This document shows, piece by piece, positions 55,372 through 64,000 of a DNA stretch of 64,000 bases (position 1 is the stretch's first letter; every line of letters begins with the position of its first letter). The notes below the pieces were generated by a model. It was not told the DNA's origin, searched no databases, and saw only the letters and a list, made by a program, of their open reading frames with translations. This DNA comes from Tubiluchus corallicola (taxonomy: Eukaryota > Animalia > Priapulida), in the NCBI GenBank assembly GCA_030141605.1, contig JAQGDQ010000064.1, forward strand, positions 124,001-188,000, written 5' to 3'. The position numbers were made by a program, and so were the translations under genes.

Positions 55372-55830
55372 GAAGCGTTCAAAATGTCTAATGGTGTACC
55401 TCAGGGAAGAGTCTTGTCGCCCCTTCTTTTCGCAATTTATGTTAATGATTTGTCAAGTAATTGAAAAGTGCCTCGGATGCTACACGTAGAATGGATAGCA
55501 TATTTACCAATCATTTGTTACTTGCTGATTATATGTACCTTATAGGACCTTCTGTCAATAGTTTACAGAAGTTATTAGATGTGTGCGAAAATTTTGCCGT
55601 TTCTCACAACCCTGTGTTTAATGAGTCAAAAACCAAATGTCTATACTTTATGCTCGAAATATGCGAATTGTTGTTACTTGAAAGTAACAACATTATCTTC
55701 GTGGTAAGCCAATTAATGTCAAAGTGAAAAATGTCTAGGTCAGGTATGATCATAGTGGTAATGTAGATATTGATAATTATGTTAAAATTGTTCTATGCAA
55801 GAGCTGTTACTCTCCGATTGACGTGTAAAG
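55372..55830 (+). mobile_element. Decayed LINE RT fragment resembling the 48.3-49.3 kb element
   Basis: FKMSNGVPQGRVLSPLLFAIYVNDLS, then a frameshift, then NHLLLADY...SLQKLLDVCENFAVSHNPVFNESKTKCL. Confidence 0.85.
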
Positions 55831-58548
55831 GCTGCTCTGAGTATTTCTTTTAAATTTTACGAATTAGGTACGAGCGCTGCTTACGAAATGTTATACTTTC
55901 AAGTAAAACTTATATACTAATTAATGGTTATATTAATTTGTGGCTAATTACTGGTTTGAGTCAATGTAAACTGGATATTAGATTGTTATGATTTTAGAGT
56001 AAGGTCAACACGTATTTTGCTTAATGTTTTTTCACGTTGCACTGGTAAATGCACAAAAGAAACTTATTACATCAGAAAAACTTCTGCCACTATAGTCATG
56101 TGACTCGGTTTAATGTGACCTTACTTGGCTGTTGTTACTCAAGGTCGGTTTGTAAAGTTGAATATGTAAACAGAAAATTCGTGGGTTGTTTATTTAATGT
56201 AATGACTCAACTTGGGCTTACGCCAGTTTCTGATAAAATTAACGGTTTCGTATTCCCTCGAAAAAACAATTGAGCTCAACTGTCCTGAGTGCCGTCAACA
56301 TGCTTTGCTGAACTTCATGCGTCTCTCAGACGTGCCGAGAAGTTCAACGCAAAACGTTTAACGCCTGACGAAGCTATTATGAGACGTGATGAATTGCATG
56401 ACAGATTATTTTAGTTATCTACGTGGAAGAAAGCAAGAGCCAAGAGTGGTTGAGAAAAGAGAAAGAGCTGTTTTTCAATCTTTCTGACGCGATTCAATTT
56501 AATCAATCAAGTTAAAATCATGAACTTATAACCAACGCAATTGCATGTGTGTAATTTTCATTGAACATGTACTTTCCGTCTGCGTGGCTATGGTAACGAT
56601 CCTTTAGTACATTATAAAGAATGCAGACATCATTCCTGTAAGATGCTAATGTACGTTTTCAAAATTATATAATCGCTATAAATAGCCTTATAATCTAAGG
56701 GATTTTTAATTAGTTATATTTTACTCAGGCATTTGTGTCATACATTTCATGCACAAGCTTAGACGATTCATACATGTCACCATTATGGCCATTACCTGGC
56801 GTGAGTATTTACTGAGTTTTAACAATGCTATTCTAGGCTTGCTACACAAACAAACTTTTCACATAGCAGCTCTTTTGATGACGTGTATAGGTTTATACAC
56901 ACACATACACATACACACAGCCCAGCTGTAAAGAACAACGTCGATACACGTTGTCAACAGATCATCTAATAAATGTGGGTTTCGTTTGTCAGGGATTGTT
57001 GGTACATGCTTTCCGCTCAGTTACATCGATTGATGCTGCTGCATAAGCAAAACAAAGCTGTAATGCAATCATATACGATAGACACACAGGTATGCCTTAC
57101 ACATAACACAGCTTAATGATTTTACACAGCCTCAAGATAGCAAAATATCATTTTTGTCAAAAATCACAAATGCAGTAGCTCAATCAAAACAATAGCATCG
57201 AAAAATTGTCAAATCACGTAACATGATTTGTGAAATTGAAACCAAGAGCGATGTCGTAGAAGATTTAATAGTTCGTCTTCTAGACTGTATTTGCTTACTT
57301 GCTCGACAATTTCAAGTACTATTTTCAAGTGGCTATTTCATTATTTACAATTTGTATGTACACACAAGTTCAGTCTCTTACTACAACGTGTGTTTCTTAT
57401 TTAAATATGATAAGTAATAAATGATTGTAAACTACAATTGACTATAGCTGAATGTACTTTTTAACTAAAATTAACTATTTTAAAATTAAAAATATTATGT
57501 ACAAAAAATCAACTTTCAAAAAATAAAGGCTGTTTTAATGCAAAATAGCTCATTCTGGAAAATAGGTTTAGTTCTTTGAGACACATTTAGTTAAGTGTAA
57601 AAAGTAAAAGGCGATATATCCGGTAACTTATGGTGCGGTAGCTGCAGGAACTCTATCTGATGTATCCTTTTTATACTTGGACACTTTACTAAATGTAAGT
57701 AAATGGCTCAGTTAATAATAGCACTGGTAGCAATGGTATGGTAATTATGGCACAGGAAAATGACACAAGAAAGAGGCATGAATGGCTTACCATGACCCTA
57801 ACCATAAGCCTAAATAAAGCTTGTCATTTTTTTCTATTTTTAAATTTGTGCCTTTTTCCTGTTATCTTTTGTCTTACCCCAAATTACCCCTGTCATTGTT
57901 ACCTGTGGTGTTTTTACCATTGCAACCTTTAATTCAAATGAGTAAGATTACTCTGGTAAAGTTGTTTACAGAAGAACAGTGCCATTTTGCTTTTGGAATG
58001 ACTCTGCTCATGATGAACCTACAAAGCCAAGTGGGTTCCAACATGAGCTTTTGGCACTGCTGCTGGTTGCCTCGCTCAGATCCCTGCTCAGATGGGTGGA
58101 CAATCAGCTTATTTCAACCAGTTGAACGAGCGTAGTGTGTCGACAGTTGACTACTAATACACCCTGAAAGTCAAAATAACGGTCTACTATAGTGCACCAC
58201 CGTTATCAAACACGTAATCAAACAATCGTAATCAAACACTAAAATTAAAGTGTAAATGCTGATATATATGTTGTAACGACGACGAAAAGCCATTACTTTC
58301 ACCTCTAACCTCTAACTTTGTAATGGCTGGATCCACGAAGCTGTTGCTTGGGGGCACTGAATACCAGGTATAAAAGCGCATGCAAGTAATGATACCGTTG
58401 TTCAGTAGCAGTGCGGACAAGTGTGATTAACCATATCACCACATGATCAGCAACCAGTATGAAAGATGCACGACAATTTTCTGACAAGTTTCTGTTTGAT
58501 CTTTGCATTTTCTACAGATTTACGACAATAACCCTTTTCACGGGATCA

Positions 58549-58845
58549 ACGATTGATGGTGGTCGTGAAAAGGTCAAAGGTTAAGTAGCACCTTAAGTAG
58601 ATCACGCATTTGTGTACGCTTGACAACGCTTCGCAGTCAATGGTATTGTAATAGTAACAGTTTTAACAGCTAGCTAGAACTTTACCTAGTTTATTTTTCT
58701 TGTTCCCAAGCAAGGTCCTGCTAATAAATCACTATATACACAGACTAATGTGTAATTAAGTAAAGTCCACGTAAAACAGCTGAATTTACTGAACTGATAC
58801 GGCAAACGGCTATGCATTATGTCACATGACGGTTGTAATTAACAC
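58549..58845 (+). repeat. About 300-bp diverged direct repeat, copy 1
   Basis: Colinear with about 60587-60920 (shared cgtgaaaaggtcaaa, agtaacagttttaacagctagct, agtaaagtccacgtaaaaca). Confidence 0.9.
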
Positions 58846-60154
58846 GCGTCGCTATGGTACACTTAACTTCTGACCTATAGCAACTCTGCGCGCTCACAAC
58901 GAATCTGTGAAAAGGCTTATTTCTACAAAATTCTACCACCTGGAACAACAACACGTTTCAACAAATGACTTCTTGGCCGCCGTCATAACAATATGCATGC
59001 TTGTACAAAAACAATAGCTATGCGTTTTTAATGACAGTACATTTAGCTGCTATGTCAATAGTTCAACACGTGAACTACTAAAACACATCAGCAGTTCCAG
59101 TGTAAAACCTGCGCGAAGTAACTCGTTATTTAACCCACTCCATCTGAGGCCTTTTTAAATTCTAAATTCTGATAGACATTCAAGTCAGCATAATAAATTT
59201 CGATAATCAAACAATTAAAGTAAATGTGCTTGCTTTATAGTGTAATTTCCACTGCAAAAATTCCGTGAAAAATAAAATCGATTTAACTTTCTCTATTTGC
59301 ATATCATGGCAAAAATATCTGAAAGCAATTTATTAAAGTAGAAATGTCTATCTGTCTATAACGTGCCGACATACGCAAGTTCTACTGATTCGCAAGTTTT
59401 ATTAGGCTATTCAAAAAAAAGCTTGGAATTAAAAACGCGATTTTCACACAAATTACATCGAAGTGGCTTCTGTGATGTGTGATCGGTGTAAAATGTTGCA
59501 CTTGCTAAACATTAATATAAAATTATTCATCTGCATCCTCCTTTCGGGAGATCATCGTTTATGACGTTCAAACGTCTCGAATTTTCTGAGAACTTCGCCC
59601 GCGGCGTTCCTGCACTAGCGTCAGACAAGCTGAAGAGGTTTTTGTTTAAACGAGTTCGAAATAGAAATGTAGAATGATGAATTGAATACGAACACCGACT
59701 CGAAATGACGTATGGAAGAGGCAGACATGCTGACGCAACTTGCAAAAAAACTTGTTCATCAGGAAAATCTGGTCAGGATTCGGGTTTCACTGTAAAGAGG
59801 TCGTAATGCCCATTCATGTGCAACTTCAGTGAAGCTGCTGGTGTGAATGTGTGAAGAAAGAGACAATTTTGTCGAGGAAAAAACGTGGTGGCGCATGTTT
59901 CAAAGAAAACTAATCGGCAAACTTTGTTGACGAAGCAACTTTTTGAATGAAAAATGTAGTTGGACTGTTTGAAAAACACGAGCCAATATGCTAACAATTA
60001 TGCACGCATATGCACATTAGCCTATGCACGCACGTGTAGAAAATTTACTGTTCACGTTTACAGTCAAAGTAGTATCATTTTATCTACATTTTCATTTGTA
60101 ATTTGAAGCATAAAGTTTGTAATTTGTAGTTTTAATCGCATGAAAGCATCTGAA

Positions 60155-60270
60155 AAAATGTTGCACTTTCGCTGTGTTAGAACCCAAGACTCTGCTTTCC
60201 GAGCAGTTATGCCGGCTATTATACCACAGACGTTCCTTGTCTTTTCAGACTTAGAAATTTTCGCTATAAG
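60155..60270 (-). mobile_element. Diverged copy of the tRNA-SINE-like repeat at 311-420
   Basis: Colinear similarity (gaacccaagac...gcagttatgc...ataccac...cttttcaga...ctataag). Confidence 0.55.
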
Positions 60271-60586
60271 CTACTAATGTAAAAGGTGGAGCTACTAAGC
60301 TACTATTCTGTCAACGGGTAATCATAGGACACTCTGTATTAAGACATAGTACAAAAGTAATCGTATAAACGCACGCAAGCAATACTAAATTACGAAGTCT
60401 GCAAAATTTTTCTTCTCTCCTAGGACTTGAACACAAGACCTTTCGCTTTATAGGTATCTATGCTGACTTACAATACCTGGATTATATAAACTGTTGGGTG
60501 CTTGAAAAATTTGTGTGCTTAATTACTCTAATTTCTCTGCGTAAATCTATAGCTTTAAAGAACAATATGCCTTTTTACAGTTCCTG

Positions 60587-60920
60587 CGATTGATGATGAT
60601 CGTGAAAAGGTCAAAAGTTAAGTCAACCTAACAACGTTATCGAACCAAACAGCGCATTTGTTTACACTTGACAATGCGTCGCAGCCCATGCTATTGCAAC
60701 AGTAACAGTTTTAACAGCTAGCTGGAGCCTTACTTAGTTCATTTTTTCTTGTTCCCAAGTAAGACCCAGCTAGTAAATCATTCTGCATCGCACAGACTAA
60801 AGTATAATTGAGTAAAGTCCACGTAAAACAACAAGGAAAAGACGCTGCAACTGTAGTTACTGAACTGATGCAACGGACGGCTTTGTTTTACCCACATGTC
60901 ACGTGCTAGTTGTAGTTAAG
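60587..60920 (+). repeat. About 300-bp diverged direct repeat, copy 2
   Basis: Colinear with 58549-58845, with indels. Confidence 0.9.
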
Positions 60921-62423
60921 ACTGGGGTTCGCAGCAACTGTCTTTGAAAAAACTTATTCAGTAACTAATACAAAACAAAACAAATAATAAATAAAATAAC
61001 TTTGCTTGCTGTTTGCAAGAACAGAGCTGGAAAAGAGGTACATTGATGTCACAACCAAAATTGATTGAATTATTGTATCTGGTGAAACTTTTGTTCCACT
61101 TACTTGGCCTTTCAGTCGTTTTATTTTTCAGTTTCACCAAAGGAAATTAAATTTAAACGGTGAGCTGGAAATCTTATTTTCAAAACAAAATGAAATCAGC
61201 ACCCAAATAATTACGGAATCTAAATTTTGTTAATGTGGAAATGGCGTCACTGGTAATGATTTTTTGGCCCAATCGACTGTTCATGTGCTATCAGGTGCAC
61301 ATTTTCAGATGCAAGCCAAAATTTAATGTTTTCCGATTATACATCGTTTTTCACGCGATTAGATGAGGGGAAAAATTGAATGTATAGTTGACATTCTACA
61401 ATACCATTAGTATTATCTGTCCAACCTATATCGGATTGAGTGTCGCGGAGGAATTGCGTAAATTGTATCCTATAAGTTTATAATAACATCATTGTGTATT
61501 CAAGGTTTGTACGTCTGCGTCTGCGGCTTCGTGTCTGATCGATCAGTGGCTGCTCACACGAGTAAAGAGCACAGCAGCAAGTTCCATGGATTAGGCATTG
61601 CAATGTTCGCGAATAATTGTGACACGCATGTTAAAATAATGGACATTTTTGTGAAAAGCTTTACAACGTTGCATTAGATGATAAATATCAAATGTTGAGT
61701 GGTAGTGAGTGTCATCGGTTGGTGTTAAAAGTGTTAAAAGCGCAGCAGGTTAATATGTGGTTACTGGAGTAAACTGTGATCTGCAGTAATTGGTAATGAA
61801 GGATCGTACGAGAAAAAAGTGTTGCTTTACTGTAATTGCTATAGTCTGTGCGCTGACGATGAAATTCTATCACATTTATTGGTTTAATTAATACTGCTGT
61901 AAATTTCTAATGATTTTTTCTGAAAACCTGTTGGATATGTTTACTTTCAACTACATGAGAGCGGAGCCCCGTACTCACAAAATTTAGGAAAAGTACGGTA
62001 ACTCAAAATGTAATTCAATAAAGTAACAAAACCAAATCTGAGACTCAGTACATTTAGCTAGATGATTTGTGAATAATCAGTATTGAAAAGTATAAGGCCA
62101 GTGTCTCCTACTCCCACGTTAATAAAGTTTCGATTTTGGGTGACGATTAAGTTTTTCTTCTACACGTGATTGTAGATGTCAGTCGCAAGTTTATTAAAGC
62201 GGTTTAAACTGTTTTGCGATCTTAAGTATGAAGACCCATTTTGACAATTGATTCAAATCTTTTTGCTTTTTATTATTTGTCTCCATGTTCAGCGTCTAAC
62301 AACTTCCACGCTGTGTTTTTAATTTTGTCAACTACTTCCTAGGCTTTTTGCATGTACACGTAATACGATTTACGTACTAGATACAAGTCATTCATGATAT
62401 TAGTTATTTTGGTATTAAAAGTG

Positions 62424-62631
62424 GGTAGGAGTTTACAATTCCTTACAAAGTTTAAGTACCCTAATTCTAACCCTAAACCTAATTTCTAATCCTAACCTCA
62501 ACCCTAACCCTAACTATACTCTCAACCCAGCCCTAACCCTAACCCTAATTCTAATCTAATACTAATCCTGACCGTAACCCCTATCCGCTTCATGAACTAA
62601 TTTCTTGTGTGGGGGACTGTAAACTTTAACC
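62424..62631. mobile_element. MITE with GG...CC TIRs, 8-bp TSD and a degenerate (CCCTAA)n core
   Basis: TIRs GGTAGGAGTTTACAATTCC / GGGACTGTAAACTTTAACC (14/19 match). Flanks TAAAAGTG / AAAAAGTG (7/8). Telomere-like repeats at about 62458-62582. Confidence 0.7.
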
Positions 62632-63064
62632 AAAAAGTGTAATATTTTCAACAAGCGAGTTATTACTTCCAAATTTATGATGAAAAATGAGACAACTAAC
62701 TTCGCAATAGTGAATCGATGCCTGCTTAATTATGACAGATTCAAACATCTCGTTGTCAAAGCAGTGTTAGGCTCCAATTTTTTTGCAAGTCGTAATATTT
62801 AATGCATCAAAGTTGTACAAAGTCGGTTATATTCTCAGTCCTGACTATCTTCTTTATCTGTTAAATAACGTAGTTTTGTTCTAAGAGGCTTTTATAAAAC
62901 ACTCAGAGAAGCGGCACCCCACTAAACGTGACGTCATTACGCTAGAACATTTTCTTCAGACGATGTAAGGATAAGCTTGGCGTCTGATTCATCAGTTTTA
63001 AGTCAATAGTAGGTTGTTTTGAACTCGACTAGGAAAATAAAACAAAAAGGAAAGACAAAACAAT

Positions 63065-63784
63065 ATGGCTCGACGGTGATTTGAAGGTTTTCCCGAAGTC
63101 TTCCACAATAAAAATATCGCTGGCAAAGCTACAGACTAGCAATGGGCGTTGCACACCAGCACTGACCAGTTTTCTAAATCCAGAAAATGATTACAGTCAT
63201 CTGGATTTTCCTCAGAGCTGCATCCTTATGGACGCCTTTATCAAAATCGTGTTTTTTCGACTATAAATTAATTTTGGACAACAAAGATAATGTCACTCTT
63301 AGTCTGTTTACCATTGCAAACTGCGACGAATTTCGTAATTCTATGAAATTTACATTGCACATTTTTAGCACTTTTTATCAACTTCTCTTTATCTTGTAGT
63401 TCCTCATCCAGGATTGGTGTTTGAGGATATGTTTTTAGAAAAAGGTGATGCTTATCTTAAATCTGCACCTTTTACAATGTATCTTGAAAAGGTGACTATT
63501 GAAGTATTAAAGATGAAGACCAGAATATTTCGGCATTAAGCCAGCAAGAACAGCTTAAATCGGCTGCAAGAGCTGCAAGAGTAGCATTAGCTTCACTGGC
63601 CTGGGCAAGCTCCAACATTTGCTCAACTGATTAGAAACAGAATTTCACTGATATTATGAGCTATACAGTTAACTCCAAGGAAACCAGGGTCTATGTGGAG
63701 TGTTTGCAAAGCACATTTAACTTTACAGCTAAAGACATTAATCTTGATTCTAACCAGTGTTGCTCTTTGAGAGAAAACTGGGAT
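63065..63784 (+). pseudogene. Decayed two-exon coding remnant of unknown family
   Basis: Exon-like 63065-63248 (MARR*FEGFPEVFHNKNIAGKATD*QWALH...YQN, phase 1, poor donor GTGTTT). Strong pyrimidine acceptor at 63399 continues in phase 1 (PHPGLVFEDMFLEKGDAYLKSAPFTMYLEK...), with one frameshift and a stop, to a GTAAAT donor-like site at 63785. Confidence 0.35.
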
Positions 63785-64000
63785 GTAAATATATTTTAGT
63801 TTATAAATTTAAAGTTTCTAAAAGCTATCTCCTGATTAGTCTACCGTTGGAAAAACAAGTGTGGAAGCGAATTATCTTATTGGCACATTATCTAGCGATG
63901 TCACTTTAAAATATTTTGTGATGGGTGGATAGAAAAAAGTAAGCATCACTAGGTTCAAAAACATCTAGACAAGACTGTACATTGTTATTTTAAAACACAT

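Noticed and set aside
57821-58135. 104-aa ORF or possible downstream exon
   Set aside because: No recognisable domain, no good donor, and it partly overlaps an inverted-repeat remnant.
62458-62582. True telomere or chromosome fusion scar
   Set aside because: Short, degenerate, single orientation, and enclosed by TIRs and a TSD.

Overview
AT-rich eukaryotic (invertebrate-animal-like) genomic DNA. It is almost entirely intronic or intergenic, with many microsatellites and decayed transposons: non-LTR reverse-transcriptase fragments, tRNA- and 5S-related SINE heads, and TIR MITEs. Almost none of the supplied ORFs are host genes; most are repeat translations or chance frames. Read by eye, the main signal is the 5' region of one large + strand gene. 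Short ATG-initiated candidate first exons (2105, 8556, 33515, 44730, 46430; weaker 22079, 13464) and one 66-nt internal exon (39981-40046) all end in splice phase 2, and several encode RRxS basophilic-kinase (PKA-type) motifs. The gene body appears to lie beyond the window, so the gene cannot be named. Other notable structures are a tRNA/5S chimeric SINE-like family (4 copies), a self-nested Harbinger-like MITE, a MITE with a telomere-like (CCCTAA)n core, an exact 64-bp duplication and a decayed two-exon pseudogene. No searches or expression data were used, so all family assignments are from motif recall.
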